Assembly: GCA_030265395.1 (NCBI GenBank)
Contig: JARFYF010000059.1
Location: forward strand, 19,033,945-19,097,944
Direction: 5' to 3'
DNA: 64,000 nucleotides
Origin: Rhina ancylostomus
Taxonomy: Eukaryota
The notes under the pieces were generated by a model. The model saw only the letters and a program-made list of their open reading frames with translations. It did no database searches and was not told the origin of the DNA. Every line of letters begins with the position of its first letter. Within the stretch, counting starts at the first letter, position 1. The position numbers and the translations under genes were made by a program. Below, in pieces: positions 49,273 through 61,855 of the stretch.

Positions 49273-49800
49273 CTAAAAACAGAAAATGTTGGAAATACTC
49301 AGTAGGTCAGGGTGCACTGGGGGAAGAGAAACAGAGTTAACACTTTGGTTTGAGGACCTTTCATTAGAACTGGGAAAGAGACAAAAGAAGCTCTTTAAGT
49401 TGCAGGGAGGGTGGGCGAGGAGAGATATCTCTAATAGGGTAAAACTGGGATGACCATGGGGATAAACTGTAAACAAGGTTATCTGGTCAATGAGTGAATG
49501 AGAACGTAGACAAAAGAATGTAGTTGTGAATTGCAGAGCTGGAAGACATGCCCAGCAGGTCAGGCTGGGCATGCCCTCCACTGCCAGGGGAAAACAAAAG
49601 AAAAAAAGACGAGGAGAAAAAACAAAAGCTGAGTTGGACAGGTTCATGCCTTTATAGGTGGTTTCCAAAACATGGAACCTTGGTAGTGGTGAGAAAAGGG
49701 AGAGAGAGACATGAAGATGAAGGAACAAGATTTTGCATGTAAGGCTGTAAGAAGCTACAGATTTAAGAAGAGATATGACTTTGGAGGTTGAGGATTGCAG
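49273..49800 (-). mobile_element. Penelope-like element 3' UTR/terminal repeat
   Basis: aaaacagaaaatgttggaaatactcagtaggtcagg..gagaaacagagttaac..gacctttcattagaactgg; shares a 37-nt exact match with 58959-58995. Confidence 0.75.
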
Positions 49801-51039
49801 GGCTGCATTGACTCTAGCGCTCTACCTGCTTTAAAGGTAATCCATTGATTGTGCTGCACCTTGAATTAATGTGTTATGTTTTCAGATTATGAAGAGGCAA
49901 TAACAGCCTATCCACAGTGTCGAGAAGTTACCAGAGCCATAATGTTAACAGGTTACTTATTGATCCTTTAACAAACAAGGCCAAGATTCTGACATCCTAT
50001 CTGAAAAGCAGTTATCTATATCTCAGTTGTACAGTTGCAGAAAAGTATAATTGTTCTTTATTTGTATCATTCAGGCCTTGTAAAGGGAGCACTTGCATTA
50101 ATATGAGGTCCTGTTGCATTCTTCAAAGCACATCACTGCCGATTAAGCTTTGTTGAAATGTATTTGCTTTTCTGTGTACGCATGGGAGAGAACTAGAAAA
50201 CCATGTGCTCCAAACAACTACTAAATTAGTGACCATGTAATGTTGGGGTTTTTTTTTGGAGATGTTCTGGGAAAAATGTTAAAAACATGAAATATTTCTG
50301 CTCTTCTTCAGCCATTGTTAATGGAATCTTATCTGTTCATCTTGGCTCTTCAGTTTAGAGGATATTCCAAGCAGGGCCCTTGCAACTGAGAACCCTACAG
50401 AAAGGGAATTCAAGAAAAAGCAGGCAGCTAGGTACCCTACCTCACATCACATTTACTCCACAGTGATGGCCTGCATCTATTGAATGTGCAAGCTAACTTT
50501 GCCACTTTCTCTATTTTCCAATGAGAAAATCTTGGAAAACAAGTACAATGTAAAGGTTGAGAATAGCAAATGCACAGATAGATTTTTACTGATTGTTACC
50601 CCAAAAGTATGCACTGAAAAGTGAAATAGATCTAATTTGGACAAAGGTTTCTTCTACCTTTGCAGCTTTAAGTAGTTTTCACATTTCTATGCACATCTGC
50701 TGGAAAACAGTTAAGTTTACATGAGAGTGCCCATTTGTCTTTGGAAATTCATTAAATGTGATCTATTGGAAAGGCATTAAGTGAGGAAAAGTTGCTGGCA
50801 ATTTGCAAGTAGCAATATTTTCTTCCACTGACCAGCTTGGATTTTCATTGAAATTCATATTACTGATATCAGTCGAAACTTCTTTATTTAGTCATTCCTT
50901 GCATTTTAATCACCAGATATCAGCTATGTCATTAACTAATATTTAATTTATTCAATTATTCTGTTTTATTAACATGGAATGTAAGATTTAAAAGAGTTCT
51001 CTGAATTGAGATTTTTCACCTCCTTGTAGAAACTCTCCC

Positions 51040-51124
51040 TGTGCATATTATATGTGCATTAATGTGTGCATATGTGCATATTATATGTCCATTATATGTG
51101 CATAATGTCATGCATTATGCACAT
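51040..51124. repeat. Short imperfect tandem repeat of gtgcat(att)atat
   Basis: Directly visible. Confidence 0.7.
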
Positions 51125-53483
51125 TTGCAATACCAAATGAATCATCATATTGAGAAATTTTTAGAATTTTCAAAAAAGACAAGGATAAGATACGAAAGAA
51201 ATGGAGAGAAAATAACTGACTGCCAAAACTTGTATAGTTCAGAGATGCAAATGCTAATTAAGTTAATTTTTAAGAGTAAAAGTAAAAGAGCAATGTTTAA
51301 ATAACGCATGGAAAATATTATATTGATTAAATGTGTTTGCCAAATTTGTGTTTTAATCTAAGGAAATGCTCAAAAATCTTGCTGATATATGATTAGATGT
51401 AATTTTATTAAAATGTAGTATCTACAAGCTCATCAAACTGCTGATTTTTAACTTCTTGCCCCATTGTGAGCTCTTCAGTGCATCCCATTTCTGCTTTCTG
51501 CATGCCAGGAAGTTCCCTTGAGGCAGCCAAATTAACTCTATCTGCAAAAGCTTTCAGACCTGATTATGTTCGCTGCAATTGATTTTGCAGATTTGGAGTA
51601 CATTATCTCATTCATGAATAGTTAAGAATTAATTCACTTTTGGGAACATAAATTATTGCTGCCTTCAGAACATACTGCTGCATTTTAGTTTCTTAGGTGG
51701 TTCACGTAGAATTTGCTTCATTTAAAAAAATTGAATTCATTTGATAGTGATATTGGTGGCAAATGCTAATTCAAAAACAAATCATAACAGACCGTTAATA
51801 GCAGAGAAAAATTATTTTGCCAAAAAATAAGTTAAGGGAATTGTCATTAACTCTGCCATCTTGCTGCTTTTTGTTTTCCCACTTCCAAGGGAGACCTGTA
51901 GATTCATGTTTAAATATTGTTCTTAAATAATTTTATCATAAAGATTTAAAGTTTACAAAGGGTGGATTATGGTGCATTGGTTCTCTGCCTCAATGTCTAC
52001 AAGCACCATGTGCTTACCTGAGCCTGGTATAGTGGGTTTGTCTTAGTGCTCTGCACCTTCGAATCCAGCAAATGGGCCTTTGGCCCATCCTCATTGATTT
52101 TACTATTTTAAATAAGGTCACTGGTATAATTATCTGTAAACTACATAATTGTTTAAGAATAGGTATAGATATTTAGAAAATGAACTCAAATCTATTTTTA
52201 GATGTAGTCTTTCGTTCCCTTATGCACAAACCTCAGGCAGATGTCACAGAAAATGCCATATTCTCTGACACTGTCAGTGAAGAATTACATTTACAGAAAA
52301 TCTTGCAGTGTGCAACATTGCTCATATATTCTCAAATTTTAGAAAATCCTTGCCTTGCACCAGGAAGGAATTTAATTATTCAAAGTTTTGATATAACGCT
52401 GAACATGGGTCCTGAAGAGTACTTTTGACTATTAACTCAGAGTGGGTAAAAGCATTTATAAAACATGGAACATGTTGGATTTTAACTTGCTTGACAAAAT
52501 GCAATAACTTTGTAATGTTTGTTAACCTTTGTACTTGTATTATGTAATTTGAGTTATCTTTCACCCCAGCATGCATGGCATATTTGCATTTTGAACAGTT
52601 AACTTTAAAATCATGAACACATCATGACCTCAGTTTTCAAGTTGGAGCAAGGATATTTTATTCTGTGACTTCATGTAAAACTTGGTGTGGCTAGGTATGA
52701 GCGTGAGAAGACAAATAAAACTGCCCCTGTTGGGTACAAAGTCTTGATAATGGTGTCTTTACTGCAATGATTCAAAATCTCAGATTGTGGTAGAAGTAGC
52801 TAGTCTGGTTTTAATGTTATCTTGAGCTGCAATTAGCTGAAGCAGGGCATTCATTGTGTGGCCCATGCTGTTTTCTCACACTGTTGAGTTCAGTTTTTGC
52901 ATCTTAACCATTTTAAAGTTCAAGTTGATAACTGTGTATTGATGGTGGGATTAGTGTGGGAATGTTGGGACCCATGGTCTCCCACTCCCTCTCCCCCTCC
53001 TTCCCTCCTCCCCCTTTTCCATTTTCGCCTGACCATGTGCAAGGAGCTAATGCTGAGGAGCCCTTAGGTCACACAGTACTGGGTGTGTTTCATACAGAGT
53101 TTAGCTCCCTCCATGAAGTAAAATTGTCCCTAGTCCAAAATACTGTCCCTTCAAACACACCCAGGTCAGCTGGGATGCAGTTTAAAAGTAATGTTAATGT
53201 CCATCTTCATTGTCCAATCAAAATCTGCCCATATTTACAAACAAAGTTATCATTGTATTACACGTCACTTTGTACTTTCTCTGCATGTCTCTCCATATCT
53301 CAGTATCTCTTTCTCTGTAATTCTCTATATATCTCTCTGTAACCCGTTCATCATGAAAAAGTAGAGTAATGGGATTGCTCTTTCAAGAGCCAGCAGAGAC
53401 TGAATGGACCAAATAGATGCTGCCTTTGCTTTCATAGTTATATTCCATTCTACTCTTTCAGGATAGAGGGGTCAGTTGACAGC

Positions 53484-53632
53484 AATCAGAATCAGGTTTA
53501 CATTGACATGTGAGATGAAGTTTATTGTTTTGCAGCAGCAGTACTGTGCAAAACAGTGCAAGACTTAAAAACAAAAAATACTGTAAGTTACAAAATTAAA
53601 TGGTGCAAAAGAGGAATAATAAGGTAGTGTTC
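53484..53632 (-). mobile_element. Rex1/Babar-type 3' UTR fragment
   Basis: (aatcag)2 tail followed by tgttttgcagcagcagtac..gtgcaaaagaggaata..aggtagtgttca. Confidence 0.55.
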
Positions 53633-54369
53633 AATCATCATCTTGTCAAGAAGGTACTTTTGCTATTAGTTACCAGACATGACTTTTCTATAACAAGTTG
53701 TGTGCAAATCAAGCAATTTCTTAAAATTGACAGGGAAGCTATGGATAGGGTGCTGATTGTGTGGAATAGGCAGGTATACAACTACTTAATCGAGTAGCAA
53801 ATTCTATGCAACTTGCATTCAATTTCATAAAACTCTCCTAACATTGCATACTGAGATACAAAGGCAGAATTTTTATTAAATTTATGTTTGAAATATTTCC
53901 AAGACTATTAAACTTGATTTCATGAAAGAATTTTGCAAACAGTATAACCAGTGGAGGCACACTGAATCACTGACATCACCTTAAGGATTTTCATGGTAGG
54001 TTCGGCATTAAAGGAAATCCTGAAGTTTCTATTAATTTTATAATGTAATGATGATGAACATGGTAGTTTTCATGCTTGTACAATCACAATTCCTAGATTT
54101 ATCTTTGACATAAGAAATAACTCTTCAATCTTCTATTCATTAATTTGTATTTAATTTAGTTTTGAAAAGGACACAGCATTTATGCATGGATACAGAGATA
54201 AATTAAATCACAATTGCTGCTGTATTCCCTGTTCTGAAGTTGCCATTATTTATTAAGTCTGGAGAATAGGTGCTAATTCATGCTTGATTTGAAAGATCCG
54301 ACGAAGCACACTGCAGCAATTCACCAAAGTTTTTTTTCTGACAGTCAGCATATCCCAAATCTCTTCTCC

Positions 54370-54650
54370 ATAGATACAAGAACAAACAGAGACTTGGGGA
54401 TGTTACCATCTTCATGTTCCTTTCTAAGTCATACAACAACCTAGATTGAATATATATTGTGGTTTCAGCAGAGCTGGGTCAGAAACCTGTAATACCTCCC
54501 TTGTCAGCACTGGGAATAACTTCACAGCCAGGACTGCAGTGGTTTAAGGTGGCACCTTACCACCATCCTCTCAAGGACAAGGAGAAATTGGAACTAAATG
54601 CTGGGCTTCCCAGAAATGCCCTCATTCTGTGTTTGAATTAAAAAAAAATT
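54370..54650 (+). mobile_element. LINE 3' fragment (family of 42340-43690)
   Basis: ggactgcagtggtttaaggtggcaccttaccaccatcctctcaagg..taaatgctggg, followed by an A tail. Confidence 0.65.
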
Positions 54651-55497
54651 CAAGCATCCTGTTCTCACCTGGCACCTGCACAAACACAGGTCGTTGATGA
54701 TTGCTCAGCTGAGGGAACTATGTATTAATTTAAGAAACATACTCTTATACTGTTTTTCCTCTCTATCCAGGACCCTGAAGAAAATAATAGGGCCCCTGCT
54801 GCTGTTCAAGCTTAGATCAGGCTTGGCACAGGTTAGGAACCTGGGACTTGGTTGATCTATGTGACTCAGCTGCTTACCAATTTAATCAGCTGGGCCTTTT
54901 GTGGAATAACTTAATTTTAATAAAAGACTCAGCAAAAGATCAGTGCACTTTACGGAACTTCAGCAAAAGTTTAAAAAGATAAAATATCTCATTAATTGTT
55001 GTAATCTAACTTCTGGCATAATATCTGCTTTTTTATTTGAGAGGATTTAAAAGCCTCTTTGATGGAATGATGTTTTGTTTAATCTGTTCAACAAAAGAAG
55101 CCCATGGGTGTGCTTTCAGTTACTATTTAAAGAAGAGATCTGACTTGGGAATTGTGCTGATAACAAAAACTATTCATGCAAACCAGTCGCCGGGAGGTGT
55201 GGCACTATACCTGACATGCAGAAACAAAATAGAGCATGAACTTGTAAAAACAAGAATGAGGCTACTCGGGCATTTTATTTTTTCAGAAAAACAGCTGCAG
55301 TTTCTTGCAGCATTGTTGCTTAAAATTTCCATTTGGATTGGAAAAAGATCTCACTTGATTTCACATTTTTGATTATCTTTTCACTGTTCAAAATATTCTG
55401 TGAATTATAATTTTAATGCTTTGTGGTTTTGTAGGATCCTAATCTTTAAAATGGTGTGGAACAGATTTGGTTACAGGTGGACACTGGGATGGATTCT

Positions 55498-55917
55498 TTT
55501 TAGTTATAGGGAGAGACTAGAACAGCTGGGTTTGTTTTCCTTGGACCAGAGGAGGCTGAGAGAAGACCTGATACAGATGTACCAAATGATGCGAGGCATA
55601 GTAAGGTCAGATAGTAAGAAACTTTTCCCTATGGCAGAGGTGTCTTAAGACCAGAGAGTATCGGTTTAAAGTGAGGAGTAGGGTTGTAAAGGGAATCTGA
55701 AGAAAATTTTTTCACCCAGAGGGTGGTTACAATGTGAACCACACTGCTTGAGACAGTGATGGGGGCAGGTACTCTCAGAACATTTAAGAAGCATCGGATG
55801 AGCACTTAAATCGGCATGATATTAGAGGTTACAGATCAAATGCTAGTAAATGGGATTTGTATTGCTGAGGTTTAATGGACATGGTGGGCTGAAGGGCTTG
55901 TTTCTGTACTGTATATT
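55498..55917 (+). mobile_element. CR1 LINE 3' end
   Basis: SYRERLEQLGLFSLDQRRLREDLIQMYQMMRG; terminal ggacatggtgggctgaagggcttgtttctgtactgta. Confidence 0.9.
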
Positions 55918-56703
55918 CAGTGAATTACTGTAATACAGTGAATTACTGTAGGTGTGGGGGAAAAAACTAGTTAGTTCTCAGGATAAAACTGAGCTCATTT
56001 AAAGGGATAAAAATAATGGTCTGAGATTATGAAAATCATAGTGTCCAGAGATCACCTGATACATTACCATACTTGTGATATTGAATGCAGTAATTCTAAA
56101 GAATTTACAAGATGGTGAAAACAAGGGACAACTCAAACCTTGCTGTCAGTATCATAATTCAGTTGTGGTTTTTTTTGCAAATGTTTTGTTGTATGGGAAT
56201 ATAGGAAATATTCCTTTTGAGAATAGTTAATTTGTGTTAAGGTAGGACTTCCAAGAAGAGGAAACTCCTTACTACATATTCATTGTGTGTGGAGCTAAAC
56301 ACTTTTGACCCATTTTGAATGTGGTAGGATGTCATATCTGACTGTGATCCTGAGCTCAGCTGGGATCTACAGAACTTTTTATTAAATCAGGAATTATTAC
56401 ATAGTAGTTGAAAGTAAGAAAATGTTACTTCTATTCCTCTGTCTTACTCCTTTCCATTTCCATTGCTGTAGAGAAAAATCTAACCTCCCATATATTGCTT
56501 AATTTGATATGCCCAAATGCAGAATAGAGCTGAAGCTTGCATATTAACTTCAGCCAGAATTAGAGGAATCAAGGTGTGCATTGGTAAGGCAGACCCGAAA
56601 CTTTTAAAACACACTAAGTTGATGAACTGATTAAACAATCCTAGTGAACACTTTCTCTCACCTATTTTGTATTGTTTAAAAAAAGTCTTGCTGGTTGGAA
56701 GTT

Positions 56704-56758
56704 AAGATCACAAGATAAGGGAGCAGAAGTAGGCCGTTCGGCCCATCGAGTCTGCTCC
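56704..56758 (-). mobile_element. Very short, young CR1 3' terminus
   Basis: agatcacaagataagggagcagaagtaggccgttcggcccatcgagtctgctcc, with CpGs intact. Confidence 0.8.
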
Positions 56759-57194
56759 AGGGAAAAGGGATGGGGGGGGAGGGGAGAGAGTCAAGAAAAA
56801 AAAGGAAAAAAACGAAAAATAAATTTACACATGCTGTAGACTCACTGGATTGGGATGGTAAATCTCTCGTATGAGGAAAAATTGTGTAGGAGGGGTCAGA
56901 AGAATGAGTGGTGATCTCATTTAAATTATTTTCTTGTAACAAAAGAGTTAGGTTTTGTATGTTTTTAATTTTTTAGGATTGTAATGTTTTGTTTAATTGA
57001 TTTTTCTAATAACTTGGAATGTTTCTGAATATTAGGAACAGTCAGTGTCCTTGACAGATTTGACAGCTGGCAAAGCCTGGGGGTGTGACTGACTTGTTTT
57101 TTTGTTTTTCCCGAGCACGGCTGTGGGTAAGGGATCAGATTTGATATTTCTAGGTTATTGATGAAATTTAAGTAAGTGTGAAAGTGAGTATGAT

Positions 57195-57990
57195 AAGGAT
57201 GACAAGAGGCTTTAAGGGGATGTAAACAAGCTGTGTGAGTGGATTGTCACTTGGTAAATGAAGCGCATTGTGGAAAAATATAAGGTTATTTACTTCAGCA
57301 GGGAAAACAGAAATGCTGAGTTTTTTAAATGGTGGGAAGTTGGGAAATGCTGATTTTCAAAATGAGCTGGGTGTCTTCCTACAAATCACTGAAAGCTAGC
57401 GTGCAGGTGCAGCAGGCATTTACAAGACAGAAAGCACGTTGGCCTTTATTGCAAATGTATTTGAAATCAAGAGTCAAGAGAGCGTTTTGCCGATAGCACA
57501 CCTGGTGTACAGTGTTGGTCTCCTCACCAAAGGAAAGATACACTTGCTATAGACTCACTGGATTGGGATGGTAAATCTCTTGTATGAGGAGAAATTGTGT
57601 AGGAGGGTTCAGAAGAATGTGTGGTGATCTCATTTAAACATACGAAGATCTCAGAGGGCTTGACAGCGTGGATGCATGAAGGATGTTTCCCCAGCTAAGG
57701 AGTAAAGAATTAGAGATCACATTCCAAAAATAAGAGTTTAGGAGTTGGTACTGAAATGAGAGGAAGACTTATTCATTCAGTGATTTGGGAGATCTTTGAA
57801 TTCTCTTCCCTCGAAGGCCATGGAGGTTCTGTCAGTGATTGCATTCAGAACAGAGATTTCTGGATATTAAAGGAGTCAAGGGAAATGAGGTTTGGGGCCA
57901 GAAAATGAAATGAAAGATAAGCCATTTGAATGGTACATTTGGCTCAAAGGGTTGAATGGTCTACTTCTCTTAATTGGTATTTTCTTATGG
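57195..57990 (+). mobile_element. CR1 LINE RT C-terminus and 3' end, decayed
   Basis: D..KLCEW, ELGV, gttggcctttattgca, ggtgatctcatttaaacatac and the terminal ggctcaaagggttgaatggtctacttct. Confidence 0.8.
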
Positions 57991-58139
57991 ACCCTGAATT
58001 TCCCTGGCACTCTTCTACACATTATTCTTTGCCATTTTTAATCCACAATTAGTGGCTGCTTTATTGGCCAAACCCCTTTCATCATTCCATCTTTTGTGAT
58101 AATTTATTTTCTTATTTCTCTAACATGTTCTGATTGAAG

Positions 58140-58447
58140 TGCTAGGACCAGAGGGCACAGCCTCAGAGTAGAAGGACGTCCTTTTAGAACAGAGGTGAGG
58201 AGGAATTTCTTTAGCCAGAGGGTTGTGAAGCTGTGGAATTCATTGCCACAGACAGCTCTGGAGGCCAAGTCACTGGGTATACTTAAAGCGGAGATTGATA
58301 GGTTCTTGATTAGTAAGGGCATCAAAGGTTACAGGGAGAAGGCAGGAGAATGGGGTTGAGAGGGAAAAAAAATCAGTCATGATTGAATGGCAGAGCAGAC
58401 TCAAAGGGCTGAATGGCCTAAATCTGCTCCTATGTCTTATGGTCTTA
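58140..58447 (+). mobile_element. Young CR1 LINE 3' end
   Basis: RTRGHSLRVEGRPFRTEVRRNFFSQRVVKLWNSLP..; terminal gaatggcagagcagactcaaagggctgaatggcctaaatctgctcctatgtcttatggtctt. Confidence 0.92.
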
Positions 58448-58958
58448 AGTACCTCTGCTCAGCTTGTGAGAAATTGTGGTTCAACATATTACCTTGCTTA
58501 GATGTCAGATCATTATTCCAAAAGCAAAAATATATGTTAGGTAGATCATATGTATTGCAATATAAGTGGAGAAGATTTCTTCTAAGGTACATTACCAGCT
58601 TTCATTGGCATGAGATCATTTATTTGAAAACCAAACTAGATATGAATATTTTTGAAGTTGTGCCTTCCTTCATTGTATGCTTATATATTCTCTTGCTGAG
58701 CATGGAGTAAAGGCTCTAAGTAAAGCAAAATGATTCTGTTCTAAATTCATAGCAATTAATTATATAGAAATTTTTAACATGTACAACATAGCTAGATAAC
58801 AATATGGCAACTGAGCGGTTTAGAATTTTAAATTTCAAGCTGCTTTTTTTTAAGAACTNNNNNNNNNNNNNNNNNNNNNNNNNNNNNNNNNNNNNNNNNN
58901 NNNNNNNNNNNNNNNNNNNNNNNNNNNNNNNNNNNNNNNNNNNNNNNNNNNNNNNNNN

Positions 58959-59710
58959 TAAACTGTAAACAAGGTTATCTGGTCAATGAGTGAATAGGAC
59001 CAGTTAAGGAGTGAGAACACAGACAAAAGAACAGTGATAAAGGATTGTAGGAGTTGCAGGAAGACATGCCTGCCAGGTAAGGCTGGGCATGTCCTCCAAT
59101 TCCCACAGGAAACAAAAGGAAAAAGTAAACAAACGAGCTAAGCCAATATCACAGATGGGTGACTGATACAGACTGAGAAATCAAATTACCTTAAATTGTG
59201 GAGTCCAATATTGGTCCAAAAGGCTGTAATGTGCCCAGACGATAGATGAGGTGCTGTTCCTCAAGTGTACATTGGGCTTCATTGTAACAGTGCAGTGGAC
59301 CATAGACTGATGGGTCAGCATGAGAGTGGGATGAAGGATTAAAGTGGCGGGCAACAGTAAGCTCAGGGTTTCCCCTGTGGACAGAGTACGGGTGTTCTGC
59401 AAAGTGGTCTGCATTTCAATTCTCCAACGTATGGGAGAACACATTGTGAACACTAAATGCAGTACATTGGATTGCAAGTGTAAGTGAATCGTTGCTCACC
59501 TGGAAAGAATATTTAGGTCACTGGATGGTAGGATGGGAAGAGGTGAAAGGACAAGTGGTACATCACCTGCAATTGCAGAGATTGGAAGGAGGGAATCGTT
59601 GGTGGGAATGGAAGAGTGGACAAGGGAATCGTGAAAGGAACGATCCCTATGAAATGCTGAAGGAGGAAGAGAGAGGCGAATGTGTCTGATAGTGGAATCT
59701 CTTATATGCT
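58959..59710 (-). mobile_element. Penelope-like element GIY-YIG region and 3' UTR
   Basis: Minus-strand remnants STIRHIRLSLPPSAFHRDRSFHDSLVHSSIPT, FAEHPYSV and LHCYNEAQCTLEEQHLIYRLGTLQP. Confidence 0.85.
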
Positions 59711-59759
59711 GAGCTGAATGAATGAAATAGCCTCCAGTGATAAACTTCCAACAAAGAAA

Positions 59760-60545
59760 TGTAGATAGATTAAACCAGAAGGTAAATTTTGGCAAATGGA
59801 GTGGAATGCGAGGAAATGATAGGTTATCCTCTGGTAGAAAGAATAGAAAAGCAAGCCATCATTTACATTTAGAGAGACTGCAGGAAACTGCTGTACATAG
59901 GGATCTGAGGGTCTTTGTGCACAGAATTAGCATGCAGGTAGTTCACGTAATTCGGAAGGCAATGGAGGCATCGGTCTTTCTTGCAAAGAGATGGAATATA
60001 AAAGAAAGGAAGTCATGTCACAACTGGGGTATATGTAGAGTTTTGAATATGTATTAGAGAGAGATTTTTGCCTTTCAGGCAATTCAGAAAAAGGTTTGCT
60101 TGGATGATTCTTGGGATGAAGAGATTGCTTCATTAGGAAAGGCTAAGCAAGTTGGGCTTATATCTGGAGTTTAGAAGGATGAGAGGTGATTTTATGAAAC
60201 AGAAAATGTTCTGAGGGACACCACGAGATTGATGCTTCCCCTCATGAGGAACTTAGAACTAAAGGGCATGGATTCACAACAGAGGTCGCCCATTTAAGAC
60301 AGCGAAGAGGAGAAGTTTCTTTTCTCAAGAGGTTGTGAATCTTTAGAATTCTCTACCCAAAGAGCTGTGGAAGCTGATTCATTGAATATGGTCAAGACTG
60401 ATGGGTACGTTTTTGGACCATAAATGAAGAAAGGTTTATGGGAAAGTGGAGCTGAGGCCAAGATCAGAAGTAATCTTATTGAAAGCCAGAACAGGCTTCA
60501 GGACCAAGTGGCCTGCTCATGCTCCTGTTTATTACATTGTTATGT
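59760..60545 (+). mobile_element. CR1 LINE RT C-terminus and 3' end, decayed
   Basis: VHRDLRVFVH..SMQVVHVIRKA; ggagtttagaaggatgagaggtgat; aggttgtgaatctttagaattctctaccc. Confidence 0.8.
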
Positions 60546-60704
60546 TTATCTTCCATTCTTTGGCCTCCTCCAAGCTCTGACTGGAAACTTGCTGTGTGGA
60601 GATGAACCACTAACTGTCATCTTCCTGTTCTTGACCTTACATTGTGCTTACATCATCTCCCTCTGGATTGTAACCTCTCTTTTTTCAACACTACCTTGGC
60701 CATT

Positions 60705-60905
60705 ACTCTGTACCTGTGTCACACCAGCCCTAGGAGTGTTTGATGGAACAGTATAAAGGAAGTTTTACTCTGATTGTAACATGTCTTGTACCTGCTTGGC
60801 ATGTTTGGTGGTACAGTACAGAGCGAGTTTTACTCTGTTGTCTGTCTTTGATGTAGCTGTGTAGAGGGAGCTTTATCCTAATCCATCCCACCTGGAAGTG
60901 TCTGT
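60705..60905. repeat. Degenerate ~66-bp tandem repeat, same family as 25548-25762
   Basis: ccctaggagtgtttgatggaacagtataaaggaagttttactctg (60728), a second unit at 60796 and gtgtagagggagcttta at ~60859. Confidence 0.7.
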
Positions 60906-61589
60906 TACTGATAGAGGTTTCAAAAGTTGAAGGCCTCTTATCAGTGTGTACAATTTTCAGTCAAAACCAAAATGATGGATATTTGGAAAGTGTTATAAAG
61001 GCCACAGAGAGGAGGGGTTTTTGCTGTCAAAGCTTCTGTTCTTCCTCCTCCAATACCTGACAGGAATTTTTTTTGCAAACTTGCTTGAATCTATTAAATC
61101 TCAGGGACAGCTTCACAAGCAGCAGAATTGAAATCCAGCAACATGTCAGTGCCAGTCCTTCAGGCGTGCTGACTGGGTTAAAAAGAGCTTTCCATTTCCA
61201 TCTGAAAACAGACTGTCTATGGTTGTTAACTCTACTCATTCTATTGATATGCCCTTGACCTTCTGCTTAAGGACTTGCTGGGTCACATATCTGAATCTAT
61301 CACTGTCCAATGGCACACAGTAATTGCCTGGAGATTTAATAAAAAAAAGACTATAAACAGCAAGTTTTCAAAGCTGATGTCAATTTTTTTTGCATCATAT
61401 CAACACTGGGATTGGATAAGATTTGCTGGCTTGTACTTGGCTAAACCTGTTCCTGTTGTTTTGAAGGGATTGTGTGAGATTACTTATATTGTCTTAAATC
61501 TGCAAAAGGTGTTCGAAGAATGAATTATTTGGATTCCTAAAGTACCTTTTGACAATCTCAACATCGCAGACCGTTATTTTCAATCAATG

Positions 61590-61855
61590 ATGAGCTGTTG
61601 CAGTTGCAATGTAGAGAGTGACAGGTAACTTCCTCACAACAGGATCCCAATTGGCCAAATAAGCTGAAATAGTGACATCATCAGAGAGATAAATGTTAGA
61701 CAGAATGCCAGAGCGAACACCTGTGCATGAAATAGGATTATTTACATTCATCTAAGAGAATGGACAGGACTTTAGTTTAATGAATATCCAAAAACTGACA
61801 TCTCTGATGGTGTGGGTCTCCCTCAGTACTGCACTGAAGTGTTAACTTTGGATAT
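61590..61855 (-). mobile_element. DeuSINE fragment
   Basis: gagagataaatgtt..ggattatttacattcatctaagag..ctccctcagtactgcactgaagtgtt. Confidence 0.65.

Noticed and set aside
49886-49951. Cryptic or poison exon after ttttcag (would read R-L-stop after the CAMTA1 exon)
   Set aside because: The pyrimidine tract is weak and the donor poor (gttact); unsupported without RNA-seq.
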